Of a DNA stretch of 64,000 bases, positions 26,239-39,337 are shown one piece after another; within the stretch, counting starts at the first letter, position 1; each line of letters opens with the position of its first letter. Source of the stretch: Octopus vulgaris (Eukaryota). Under the pieces are notes generated by a model. It was not told where the DNA came from and searched no databases. It saw only the letters and a program-made list of their open reading frames with translations. A program made the translations under genes and the position numbers. Location: contig OX597816.1 of NCBI GenBank assembly GCA_951406725.2, forward strand, positions 87,482,001-87,546,000, in the 5' to 3' direction.

Positions 26239-26744
26239 GTGTGTATGTGTGTGTGTACCTATCATATACAAAAGAGAGATTATATATATAAACTTATATA
26301 TTCATGTGTGTGTGTGTGTGTATATTTATATATCCTAGTGTGTGTATTGTTTTTATACACATGCATATATAGACACACAAGTGTATGAACAGGGAACTAA
26401 TTGTATGTATGAAGGTATCTTTCCCTTTAGGAAGGGCCAGAAAGCTAGGGAGTTGCTCACAATACATGAATAGCTACACTGGTGCTTTTCTTTTGTTATT
26501 TTTCTTCTTCTGTTTCTGTTTTTTTTTTATTTGATTTTATTTGCCTTTAGTTTTTCACCAGACTTCAGGGAAATCTACACATTCTTCCCACCATTGTGTA
26601 TTGTGTTGCTAACCTAAACTGAACTTCATTCTTCTAGCTTGAAATTATAATTGTAAATATACAAGTAAAATAAAGAAACAACTATATAGTAATAATAATA
26701 ATGAGAATAATAATAATAATATATAATAATAATAATGATAATAA

Positions 26745-27215
26745 ACCAAAGAGTGTTTATTGATTGACATGAGCATACCCTGTGACCATAATATCCTGGG
26801 AAAAGAATTTGATAAGCTCAGGAAATATAAAGACTTGCTAATTGAAAAGATGTGGCATCTCAAGACAGTTACAATACCGGTGATTGTAGGAGCACTTGGA
26901 GTGATAAAAAAGGGAACTGAAAATAATTTAAGAATGATTCCTGGCTTACCATCCATGCAGAAAGTGTAAAAGATTGTCCTAGCTGTAGGAAAAGAGCATT
27001 GTCACTGAATTTTCTTTCCCTTTTTCCCCCCTTTATTTTATTTGTTTTTTTTTTTTTTTGTTTTTCTCTCTGTCCTCTCCTTTTTCTCTATTGCATGACT
27101 TTGTAAATTAACAATCTGGTGTGTTTATTTTAATGGCCCACCAAAATATAACAGTATGTTTCTCTGCCCTAGGTGTCAGGAAGACAATCTGCAAGAAATG
27201 GAAACAGAATTGAAA
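26745..27215 (+). mobile_element. 5'-truncated R4/Dong-like non-LTR retrotransposon: restriction-like endonuclease C-terminus plus 3' UTR
   Basis: ORF 26760..26969 plus upstream codons reads KECLLIDMSIPCDHNILGKEFDKLRKYKDLLIEKMWHLKTVTIPVIVGALGVIK, the RLE motif (IDxxIPxD..KE..K..KY.DL..W..IPVIVGALG). It is preceded by (AAT)n at 26691-26744 and followed by taataattataatt. Confidence 0.9.
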
Positions 27216-27420
27216 TTAATAATTATAATTATCTTTTCTACTCAGCTTGACATCTTAGGGACGGGGAAGGGGCTGGGAAACTGGTTGAATTGTTAGAACA
27301 TGTTAGGGGAAAAAAAATTAACCTTACAATAATTCTTCAGAAATTATTCTAAGTTCAAGTTCCACCAAGGTCAGCTTTGCCTGCCTTTCATCCTCACGGG
27401 GTAATAAAATAAAATAAGTA

Positions 27421-27633
27421 CTCTTTTACTCTTTTACACGTTTCAGTCATTTGATTGCGGGCATGCTGGAGCACCACCTTTAGTCGAAGAAATTGTCCCC
27501 AAGACTTATTCTTTGTAAGCCTAGTACTTATTCTGCCGGTCTCTTTTGGTGAACCACTAAGTTTCGGGGACACAAACACACTAACATCGGTTGTCAAGTG
27601 ATGGTGGTGGGGGAACACAAGGACAGACACAAA

Positions 27634-27710
<77 letters not shown>

Positions 27711-27845
27711 GACATGCTTCTTTCAGTTCCCATCTACCATATCCACTCACAAGCCTTTGGTCAAGGTCCCACTTGCCCATGGTGCCACACAGTGGGACTG
27801 AACCCAGAACGATGTGGTTGGGAAGCAAGCTTCTTAGCGCACAGT
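27421..27845 (-). mobile_element. SINE family A inserted into a family B SINE
   Basis: The family B body (27280-27420, ending aaataagta) resumes after the A head at ~27860 (tggtatcgatgcaattgact). Confidence 0.85.
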
Positions 27846-29272
27846 TATGTTTCTAATCAAATATATTGGTATCGATGCAATTGACTTTCTACCTTGTATC
27901 AAAATTTGAAGAAATCATCATTATACCCTTTTCCCCAAATTGGTGGCCTTATGTCTAAATTAATTAAGGCAATGGAGTTGTTGAATAAATAGAGTACAAG
28001 AAAGGATTCTTTACAATATTTGTGTTTATTTAGATTCCAAGTTCAAACCACCATTGAGCTTGACTTTGCTTTTTCTATTTGTGAGTCAATAAAATAATGC
28101 TAATCAAGAATTGAGCTAATGATTGTATGAAATTAACCCTTCTCTTTGACGTATGTGCTCATGTGCTTTTCATATTACAAAAACATTCTACTTTAAAATA
28201 TAGCTTAATTTGACATGAACATGCATACTTTTTTCTTGGTTTCTCTCTCTTTAAATATGCAAGCATGTGTGCGCACACACATGTGTTTGCTTGTGTATGA
28301 GTGTGTGTATATATAAAGCAATAAACCTTTTGGGATTTAGATTTGGCACAGAGATTCAGTGTTAATAATGATTTCCTGCTAAGGAAATGAGGTCAAATTT
28401 TTGGGGTTTTAAATTTTTATTAATTTTTGGTAAGTTAATCCAACAAACTTTGCACCAGTAGGATTACAGGGAGTGGGGGAAGTGACTTAAAACAACAACA
28501 ACAACAACAACAATAATGATGATGATACGGAGAGATACTGAATGCAGAGGTACTGTAATCAGAATTTTGTATTAATTGGATATTAAAAGGGATGCTAAAA
28601 TAGTGATGATTATGGTATGGATTGATATTAATTTGTAGACTTATTCAACCCATGCTAACAACATTGACACATAAATGAATGTAGAAATGCTGCAAGTTCA
28701 GCTCTTCAGACCCTCCTCTATAATTTTAGTTCCAGTTCATAATGTGTTAACAAAGAATATGAATACCAAAGTTTCAGCTTTCCTCTAAATAAATAGAAAA
28801 TTACCAGTTCCTCATCAGGTAACATTTCTTTGAAAATTTGATCCTTATTATATCTTTAAATCCCACTAACAATATAAATATAAAATGTCGAACAGCATGG
28901 ACTCATAACAAGGCAGTCTGAAATTCAATATATTCTAAGAAAAATGTTAATAAGTCCCTATTGGATTCACTCATATTTCATCATCGTTTGTGTACTTGCC
29001 ATGATTACCAGTTCACTTACCAGTATCACCTGTGTTTACCCTATTCTTAACAAAAAAAAAATGGGAGGGGGGAAGTACCAGTATTGCAGAATACTTACTA
29101 AAGGTGTAATAAATATTTACAGAGGTTTGCTGAACACAAATAGAATGGCAGATCTTTAGGGTTTTTAGCATTATGTTCCCAAATTTAGTAACTTTTTAAC
29201 ACACCTCTGTAGCTGTTAAAATGTCAGACAGTAAGGTAATGGTTGGTAACTGATTAAGATCATTCTTTGAGA

Positions 29273-29303
<31 letters not shown>

Positions 29304-29358
29304 CTGCAAGCAGCTTTTGGCACTTGTAGCCACATGTTCTGATATATACATATATATA

Positions 29359-29573
29359 TAGGGTTGATCTAAAGTCATGTGACAGTAAATCAAAATTCTA
29401 TAAATACTTAATATTCAATTTTATTTATTCCATTTTGAAAAATGGTGTTGCTCAAGAAGGACTTCAGTTTGAACAATTTTCATGTTTCATACTTAGACGC
29501 TTTCATTAAACATAAATAAATCTTGGAATTAAATGGTTTTGATTTACTGTCAGGTGAATTTTGGCCAACCCTG
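29359..29573. mobile_element. Tc1/mariner-type MITE in a (TA)n tract
   Basis: ~37-bp TIRs: tagggttgatctaaagtcatgtgacagtaaatcaaaa versus the right-end reverse complement cagggttggccaaaattcacctgacagtaaatcaaaa; TA on both flanks. Confidence 0.85.
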
Positions 29574-29613
29574 TATATATATATATATGTGTGTGTGTGT
29601 ATAAAAAAGATTT

Positions 29614-29890
29614 GTGGCTTAGTGGTTAAGGTAATCGGCTCGTGATTGTAAGGTTGTGAATTCGATTCCTAGCAGTATGTTGAGCAAGGTACTTTATTTC
29701 ACGTTGCTCCAAAAGCGAGCCATCCCTGTATTTCAAAGAGCCATCCTTATCACATTTTGTCATGCTGAATCTCCTTGAGAATTTACGTTAGGGATACACA
29801 TATTTGTGGAGCGCTCAGCAATTTGCACATTAATTTCACGAGCAGGCTGTTCCATCGATCATATCAACTGGAACCCTCATTGTCTTAAGA
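29614..29890 (+). mobile_element. tRNA-derived SINE family D (body type 1)
   Basis: A box gtggcttagtggtt, B box gaattcgattcct, then CORE-like ttgagcaagg.actttatttcacgttgctcca. Confidence 0.8.
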
Positions 29891-31877
29891 GTGCTAGTTA
29901 TATATATGAGTGTGTATGTGTGTGTGTGTATTTATGTGTTAGTTTGAACACTGATATATTCATATACTCAAACATATATAACACTTATATAGACTCAGAA
30001 ATGTACATACGTGTCAGCATGCATGTGTGATATAATTCTACATACATAAATGACTTTTCTATCTCATATCTTTCCTCCCTCTCATCTTCCACATCTCCTT
30101 GATCATTAATTACTGAAACCTATCCCTTCACATATTTTAGGAAATCAACACCAGTCTTCTATTTGCTTTTTGTCTCTCTGAACTATTAAATTTCTCATTC
30201 TCTTTCTGGTTTGCTCCCTCCTCTTCCCAGAGACCCATGACCAACTTTTTATTTTCTTAATACACACCATTGTCTAATGTTCTCTTTTGGCTCTTTCCAC
30301 ACCTGTAATGTATGTATATCAATGCTCATACTACACCTGACATACCTGCCATACCTTATCAATAGTCAAATATTTTTTGAGACAAAAATACTTGTCTGAC
30401 TTTCTCATCCTTTCTCCAACACCACCACTCCTTCCTGCCATGTTTCAGTCAACTCTGACCCCTTCAACAATGATTCTTTATGAAATATTTTATTTCTATG
30501 AATCTTGAGTGGAACAAAAGGGTGTTCTTGTTGAGCCTGGTTCAGTCTTGATTGAACACATCTGATATAAAAGCATTCCATCCAAGACCATCTTATCATT
30601 TTACAAATCTATCTGGTATGTTATTAACCAATGTGCAATATTCTTTTTCTTAAGCAAGTAGGATGTGTTTTGAGAGAAGTTTGGCTATCATTTCTAGCAG
30701 TTCAAGTGAACCACATAAAAGCTCTTTTGATTTCATATTTAGATGCATTTTGCTTTATTTTCTTTTTTCGGATCTCCTATTTACTTTTCCTTCTTCCTTT
30801 GTTGTTAAGGTGGTGGATTAGTCAGAGAAAGTGCTATATATTATTTTGTTACAACCCTTTTTGTTCCGAGTTCAAATTCCACCAAGGTCAATTTTGTCTT
30901 TCATCCTTCCAGAGATTGTTAAAATAAAGTATCAATCTGCTTATGTAAGAAATTATCATCATCATCATTCTTCAGTGCTTATTGTTACATTGATTACAGC
31001 AGTGAGTCAGTCAGTTATTGTGTATAAACCTGACTTTGAGGTTACAAATTTGAACTGCAGGATATCCTATTGTTTGGAAGGATTGAAAGAAAGCGCTATG
31101 ACTAAGCATTACCCATGCTAATCTCTTCCCCACACCTTTTCCTTATTCCTACAGTTGGCAATGAAATAAACCCCTCCTCCACTTCCTTGCTGCACCTTTG
31201 CCCCCACACCACAAGTTACTAGTGGTTAGTATATTTACCAAACCTTGATAAAAGTTGTTGTTCAGCCCAGAATCACCCCTGATCAAGCTTTGATCTTTAT
31301 CCCCACTTAATCTTTAATCTTTATCCTCACAAGCTTTCATAAAAAAGACCATGTAATTTAAAAATAAAATTCTAGTGGCTTTTATTTCAGGCATAGTGTA
31401 TCCCAAACTATATTGTCCAGTGTTTCCCTTTAACAGGACATGGTTTTGAAAGTGATTTTGCTATTTGCAATAGGCTGTGTTTATGTCCTTGTAACTTAGC
31501 AGTTTGGCAAGACAGACCGGTAGAATAAGTGCCTTGCTTTAAGAAACCAAAAAAAGATACAATAAATAAATAAGTACTGAGGTTGACTTATAACTTAGTG
31601 CCCCAACTTGGCTGCATTCTAATGACTGAAGCAAGTTAAAGAAAAAGGAAAGCTCTGTAAACTTAAAATTTAGAAATAAAAATGGAAAAGCAAACTAATG
31701 CTGACCTTATTTTATTAATCACATTTGTATATGACATAAAATATGACTAACATGTTTTTCAAGACATTCAAAATGTTAATAATACAGATTTCTTAAAGCT
31801 TTAGTTATATATTTTTTTAAAAATTTGTAGTGCACCCACATGCCCTTGCAGTCAGTGTTCAGTGTGGTGACCTGGCT

Positions 31878-32296
31878 TACTCTTTTACTCTTACTTGTTA
31901 CGGTCATTTGACTGTGGCCATGCTGGAGCACCGCCTTTTAGTCGAGCAAATCGACCCCAGGACTTATTCTTTGTAAGCCTAGTACTTATTCTATCGGTCT
32001 CTTTTGCCGAACTGCTATGTTACAGGGGACGCAAACACACCAGCATCGGTTGTCAAGCGATGTTGTGGGGACAAACACAGACACACAAACATATATACAA
32101 TGAGCTTCTTTCAGTTTCTGTCTACCAAATCGACTCACAAGGCTTTGGTCAGCCCAAGGCTGTAATAGATGACACTTGCCCAAGGTGCCATGCAGTGGGA
32201 ATGAACCCAGAACCATGGGGTTGGTAAGCAAGCTACTTACCACACAGCCATTCCGGCACCTATAGCTACTTACCATACAGCCACTCCTGCGCTTAT
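31878..32296 (-). mobile_element. SINE family A, full length with a tandemly duplicated 33-bp 5' head
   Basis: All modules are present; 32231-32263 is similar to 32264-32296. Confidence 0.9.
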
Positions 32297-32966
32297 TAGA
32301 AATAGCAACCAAACTTTGTTCATATCACACTCTATTATTCCTTTTACAAACTAATAATAATAATAATAATAGATGAAATAGAGAAGAAAAAAACCATTTG
32401 ATAAAGTAATCTTTGGTATTCAAAAAGTTGGGATGGTCACAAGTGGAGCATTTTTTATCATAGGATCTGCTCACTTACATCTGAGCAAGAGGGAGGTAAA
32501 AACCACACCAGCAACATAATTTTTTGTTTCTTTCTTTATTACATTGGCGCTGGTAGTTTACGTAATTGTTAACTGTCATCGAAAGTAATGCAAGTGAAGG
32601 TGGGTGGGGGGTGAGGGATTGGAATGCGAGAGCAGTGGAACTGGCGGTGTTCATTCATGTTTCTCAGTCTCATTCATTCATTCATTCATTCATAACAGTG
32701 AAGTCATATCACATGTGATGTGATGGCAATTATGATAAGATTGAATGTAAACTCTGGGATTTCTACTGAAGAATTTTTAAAACTGGGTCACACAGAGAAC
32801 TTTAAACAATGCCACAGGCTTTTCACTTTTTCTACATATATAAAAATATGTCAGTAAATAAATAAAGATATATGCTAGAATAAGATGAACAAGTAATGCA
32901 TGGTATGTATGTAATGAGGAGAGGAATTCCATTCCATACCTTCCACTACTACTACTACTCCCCACA

Positions 32967-33000
<34 letters not shown>

Positions 33001-33064
33001 GTCATTGTCATCCTCATCAAAACATCCAGCAGCTCCTTTTACACACAATGCAATTCCTACCACC

Positions 33065-33109
<45 letters not shown>

Positions 33110-33249
33110 GTCTCTCTATTTTGTAAATTCTGAAAGAGGTCTTTGCTCTATATACTCAGTTGTAACTATGGAATTGTTTTTTTTTTCCAAGGTTTACACA
33201 TTGGTTCATTAAAAGATACCTTTTTATTTTTTGTAATTTTTTTTTTAAC

Positions 33250-33515
33250 CTATTTCAGTCATTAGATTCTGGCCATGCTGGGGCACCACATTGAAGAATT
33301 TTAGTCAAATGAATCGACTGTAGTACTTATTCTGCCAGTTTCTTTTGCCAAACTGCTAAGTTACAGGGATGTAAACACCCCAACACTGGTTGTCAAGCAA
33401 TGGTGGGGGACAAACAGACACAAAAACACACATGCACATAAGGAGACAGACACATGCACACACACACACACACACATGTATATATACATATGAGGGCTTC
33501 TTTCAGTTTCTATCA
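33250..33515 (-). mobile_element. SINE family A, 3' half
   Basis: Tail and body up to gggcttctttcagtttc. Confidence 0.85.
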
Positions 33516-34169
33516 ACAAGGCTGATCTTATCAGATGTATTCATTTATAAGTTGTTGGTACTTTTTAGCCTCACGTTGACCTCTGGTCAGAGGCGTTCTG
33601 ACAATGACCATCCTGACTTTTTCAGGCATAGTGTAACTTGGAAAATACTATCCAGTGTTTTCTCTCTTTTTGATGTTAAAATATAATTTGAGAGAAACAC
33701 AGTTTCTATTAATAGACCATGGTTCAATAGGCCATGTCCAGTCACAGTTTTGGTTTGTTAGATTTTTAATTAGGAAATCAAGGTGCTGCTTCTATTTCCT
33801 TATAAGGTGGGAGGTCAAGGCTTGGCTCTGAATTGTTTAGGTATTTCAAGGATGTAATAAAATGTAGGATGAACTAGTTAGTGATGGCAACCACTTCATA
33901 AAGGGGATTGGTCCAGCCCACACATAATGGTCAGTGAATAAGCCAACAATGAATTCTCTATGTCACTACCCCTCCACCACATACAAAAAATAGCTGACAA
34001 ATATTTTTTTTCAAAAATCATGTCTGTTTTAAAAACAGAAAGACACATTGAGTAATGTAATCTTGGATATACTATATCTAGTTAAGATGGTCACAGATGG
34101 AGACTGCTCAGTCATGGTTAAGCTGGGACTTAAAACAAAAATGGCATAATCATTATCTTTGTTTCTGTC

Positions 34170-34339
34170 TTTCATTTGTATCAATCATTTAGATTGTGGT
34201 CATGCTGGGGCACCACCTTGAAGAAGTTTTAGTTGGTTGTATGAATCAACCCCAGTACTGTAACTAAGTTACAGGGGATGTAAACACACCAACATCAGTT
34301 GTCAAGTGGTGGGGGACACACAGACAAACAAAGATACAC

Positions 34340-34396
<57 letters not shown>

Positions 34397-34692
34397 GTTC
34401 AAATGTACAGAAAACAAAGACAATTGAAGGGAAAACAAGCAGGTGTATTAGTATGACACTCAGCATGAATGAAAAAAATCTTTGATGTTTTGAGCCTATG
34501 CTCTTTGACAGAAAAGGATGAGAGGATTAACAGTTTAACATATATATACATGACAGGCTTCTTTCAGCTTCCATCTACCAAATCCACTCAGAAGGCTTTG
34601 GTCAGCCTTCAAGATGCCATACAGTGGGACTGGACCCTGGAACCATGTGGGGTTGGAAAGTAAACATCTTGCCACCCAGTCACACCTGCGCC
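34170..34692 (-). mobile_element. SINE family A interrupted in its microsatellite by a Penelope-like fragment
   Basis: Tail at 34170-34340, head and CORE at 34550-34692, foreign sequence at 34397-34538. Confidence 0.85.
34397..34538 (-). mobile_element. Penelope-like terminal-repeat fragment with a degenerate minimal hammerhead motif
   Basis: Minus strand: cctttt-CTGTCAA-a-gagc-atag-gctc-AAAACATC-aaag. It shares tgtatta..tgacactcag..aaaaaa..gatgttttgagc..gctctt..cag.aaagg with 50669-50830, and both follow a (TA)n tract. Confidence 0.55.
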
Positions 34693-35733
34693 TATAATGT
34701 AGATTAATGATAGAAATATTGTTGAAAGTTGTAAGACTTGGAATTGATTGGGTTTTTTGAAGACAGAAAATACTTAGTCACATAAAATGTGGGTTGATAC
34801 TTTACAATGGAACCTACAAATCTTCTGAAAAATATCAGTTTGTGTTTGCTGGAAATACTCTTCAGTCAGAAAGTCAGCTGCAGCTTGGATTGCTTAACAT
34901 AAATAACAAAACGAATAGACACACGCACCATACGCAAATCAAACATAATTTGTACAGTATCACTGCAAATAGAAAGACTGTACGAGACTTGGGTCTCTGT
35001 TTTTATAAGAAATGAGACGGTGCTTGTCTGGAATTTGAACTTGGTAATGAAGAGTAATTAGATAACTGCAAGGCATTTTATATTGCATGCTCTTCTGATA
35101 TCAGCATATATTTCAACCTTTTATTGTCCCTGCCCAAACTGCAACCATTGCTGCTGCTGCTACTACTACTACTACTACGACGCGTATACTATTTATGAGT
35201 GTTATGTGATGTTGATTAAGAGGAAAATAAGAACAGAAAACAATATAAAAAGGGTGGAGTGGACTAGCAATTAACTAAGATATGGGGACAGGAGAAATAT
35301 GTATGTATATGTGTGTGTGTCTGTATCTGTGTGTATTTTAGTAGCTCACAAATTGTGGAAAACAATCTATCAAATTCATTGATGAGTATGAATTACATTT
35401 TTTAGTGTTTTATTATTTTTTTTTTTTTACCAACCAATCAAATCTCATTGGTTAAATCATATTTTGATATGTTTAAGAATATTTTTGCTTATATGTTGTC
35501 ACTCTGCTTCCTTTCTTTAATTATTGGAGTCTGTAATGTGACAATCAGGCTTAATGATTCAAGAACCTTAGCTCTGCGTGTATGCTTAAATATATACTTG
35601 TATGTGTGTATAATATATACATACAACAAACTTTCCAATCAACTCATTCATATCTATTGAATTTTTACTTGCCAAGTATAAGTATCACACTATATACACA
35701 CACATATATGTATGTGTTTGTGTGTATGGATTT

Positions 35734-35771
<38 letters not shown>

Positions 35772-37011
35772 AGAGAAGGAAAGCATTTGGCAGAAAGAAG
35801 AGAAATAGAACATGAGGAGTTTATTTTAATCAGTAGAAAGTTACAAAAGTGATTCAAGTACCAAGAGTTGCATGAATGTAAATGTATGTATGTGTGTATG
35901 TGTGCGTGTATACATATGTATATATATGTGTGTGTGTATATCCTAACCTGTCTTTGCCCTCCCACTCAACCTCTTTCAGCCTTACTTACTGTCGCTCTCT
36001 TTTTTTCTCTCTCTCTCTCTTTCTCTCTCTCTCTTTCTCTGTCATATGTACACTGATTTCTCAGTCCTACTCATATTTCTCCTCCCAACTCTCACTCATA
36101 CACATTCGCTCCTTCACTCTCCCCCTCCCTCTCCCCTTTGTTTTAATTCATATATCCCCTCCCTACTCCCCCACTCCCTCACAGTCTCTCTATAAATCTC
36201 TTCCTGCTGTTCCTTCCTCTTTACCCCTTACCCATGCCATTTCTTTCACATACAAATGTTCTGTAACACAAACCAACCTCATTCACTACATAATCTGTTT
36301 TCAATCAATATTTTAGATGCTGTTATCATCCATATTTTCTTTCACCCTAATTTTCTTCAATTCTTTTCATTTTTATTTCATTTTATTTTGATTTTTTTTT
36401 TTTTTGTTTTCTCTCCTTTTTATTGCGGGTGTTTTGCATTGTTTTGTTTTTTTGTTGTTGTTTTAACTTTTCTGCAACTTTATTAAATTTTTTTTACTTT
36501 GTTTTCTTTTCACCATTTCCTCATTCACTTGGTTTGGTTTTCTTTTTTCTTTAATTTTTAAGCTTTTCCTTCCTTCTCTCTTTTATCTTTCTTTTCTTCA
36601 TCCACCAGTCATCTCCCCCACCCCCCACACACTCACTCACACATTTATGTATTTATTATAATGCTGAGAATTTACTCTGTTGCTACTCTGTGTTTCACAA
36701 TTCCTTTCTGATCGAACGACTGTTGTACATTCAATGGAGAACTTTGAAACTCAGAATAGCAACAGGGATAAACTCAAAGCTATACTCTTCTTTAGCATTG
36801 AGTACTCTTCCCTCTCACTTATTTCAGCTCAAATGTGCACACACACATCATCATCATCATTTAACATCTGTTTTCCATGCTGTCATGGGTTGGACTGTTT
36901 CACAGCACCTGGCAAGCTGGACAGCTGCACTTGGCTCCAGTTGTCTGCTTCGACATGGTTTCCAAGGCTGGGTGCCCTTCCTAATGTCAACCATTTTTAC
37001 ACTGTGTACAG

Positions 37012-37500
37012 GGTGCTTTTTATGTGGCATTGACACGGAAGTTTTGCCTGGTACTACCACAGGTGCTTTGTTAAATGACACTACCACAGGTGCTCTGCTT
37101 TGTGGCACTAGCATGAATGCTCTATCATGTAGCATTGGCACAAGTGCTCTATCATGTAGCACCGGCATGATAACTCTAACATTTAGCACTGACACAGGTG
37201 CTCTGTCATGTGGCACTGGCATGGGTGCTGTCATATGGCACTGGCATGGGTGCTTTCATGTGGCACTAGGAAAGGTACTCTATCATGCAGAACTGTCAAA
37301 GCTGATCTATCATGTGGAACTGCCATAGGTACTCTTTTACATGGCGCCAGAATGGGTGCTTTCTCATGTGGAACCAGCACTTGTGCTTTTTTTTTATATG
37401 GCACCAGCACAAGTGCTTTATTACATGGTGCCAGCACAGGTGCAGGCACCGATGCTGTTTTACAGGGCACCAGCACTTTCTTTTACATGGCGCCTGCATG
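37012..37500. repeat. Diverged 27-bp minisatellite (~18 units) contiguous with a family C SINE
   Basis: Consensus is approximately ggtgctctatcatgtggcactggcaca. The 9-aa periodicity (GALSCGTGM-like) is visible in ORF 36690..37328. Confidence 0.85.
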
Positions 37501-39337
37501 ACACATGCATTACATGCACTCTGATATAAACCTTGTATGTCATGTGTTCCTTCATACTATCTCTGTCTGTGTCATATTATTAGTTGCTAGCAAATATTTC
37601 TTCTTCCCCACCTCTTAACATCTCACCTGTTTATTATTATCTAATCTGTTTTTTTTCTTTTTCACCAAATATCTTTCATTCATCATTCGCCTCCTCCTTC
37701 ATCCCTTTCCTTTCTCTTATCCTTGTCCTTTATTACTACTTCACTTGCTTGTGTTCTTTTCCATCAAAATAATTCTCTCTTTCTTGTCTTCTAGGCTCTT
37801 ATCTAGCTTCTCTCATTCTCCTGTCATCTTTTCTCATCTTCATATCTGTTACTCCCACCTCATCTGATCCTTCTTGTTATTACTTTTCATTTTGTTAATT
37901 GACCTCTGATTGTCTAATAAATAAAACAATTGTTTCTCAACACCCCTCCTACTCAAGTATTCAGTTTCTTTCTGTATCTAGCCAGGTTCTCTTTCATCCT
38001 CCCTTCAACTTCAACTTTCCTTCACTTTTCTTCTTTCACTCTTTCTCTCACTCTCTCTTTGTGTTAGCAAGTATATTTTTTATTACATCTCATCTGTTTC
38101 TTGTTAACTGGCACCTCCAATTACCCTCCAATTGTTCCTCTCCTTTGTTCTTTATTTCCTTTATTTTATCTTCCCTCCTACCTATTCACACTCCTTGGGT
38201 TCCTTACCTCATATCCCGTATCTTTTTCATTCTGTCTTCCCTTCATTCTAACCCCATTTTTACTTTAGTCTCAATTTTTTGTCCTTCCTTCAGCTTTTTC
38301 CTTATATAGTCAATCTTTTTTTTCTTCAAGTCAAAGGATGGGATTTATGGAGAAACATTCCCTATAACCCTTGACCCCTTATAAGGCCTCCAATACTTGC
38401 AGCCATATGTGCAAGACATGGCTTGAATACATGGACTTCCTGCTGAAAGCATCTATGTCCCCCACCCCAACCCTGAGGTGGAGTTAAAGCAACACGAGAA
38501 ATGTTCTATCATCCATATATAGACCATAGCAGGATTTGAACTCAGAATTCCCAAATCCCAACCATATATATATCACAAGGCATTTAATTTGAAGATTCAT
38601 ACTGTTCCCCAATCTATATTCTGTATTACTACATTTTTTTTTATTTTTTGCATCTTTTTATTAATCTTACAGAATGAAAAGCAAAGTTGTCCTCTACAGG
38701 GTTTGAACCCAGAGCACATAGACTTGGAGCAAATAATGCAAGGCATTCATTCTATCTGATGATCTAATGACTCTGCTGCCAATTTACTCCATTAATATCT
38801 TCTACACTGTTGTCTGCCATTCCCCATCTATCTCCCTTCAGCCTATCTCTTCCTGTACAAAAACCAGTCAGTCTCTTCTTCAGCCTATCTTTCCTCCTTT
38901 ATTTCCTTCTATCTTCCTCTCCATTGTTCTCTTGCTGTGTTGTTCATTATCCAGTTCTTGTTTACATTCTTCTTGTTCCTTTATTATTTACCCTCCCTCC
39001 TCCACTAATTCTTTCACATTTACCTCTTGTTCCAACTTATCTATTCTGTCTCTGTTCTTCTTGTTGATGCTGTCTGTTGATTGTTTTTTGTTTTGTTTTG
39101 TTTTTTCCCCATTTTACTTTATATACTTGTTCTTTCTTTATTACTTCCTCCAAACCCTTATTCTTCTGGCTTCCATGTTTTTTCTTCCCTTTCCTAGTTC
39201 CTTCAGTTTTCCCTTTTTTTTCTTCTTCTTGTAATTGTTCTTTCTCACTATCAACTATTTTCTTCCTACTTTGTTAGTGTTTTTTTTTTCACCATTTCTA
39301 CATACCTTATTTTCTTTTACAAATACCCCTTCTTTCT

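Noticed and set aside
36690-37328. 212-aa ORF with 9-aa repeats as a repeat protein, or the array as CRISPR-like
   Set aside because: It starts in unrelated sequence, crosses a SINE and is broken by frameshifts. The units are contiguous with no unique spacers, and the DNA is eukaryotic.
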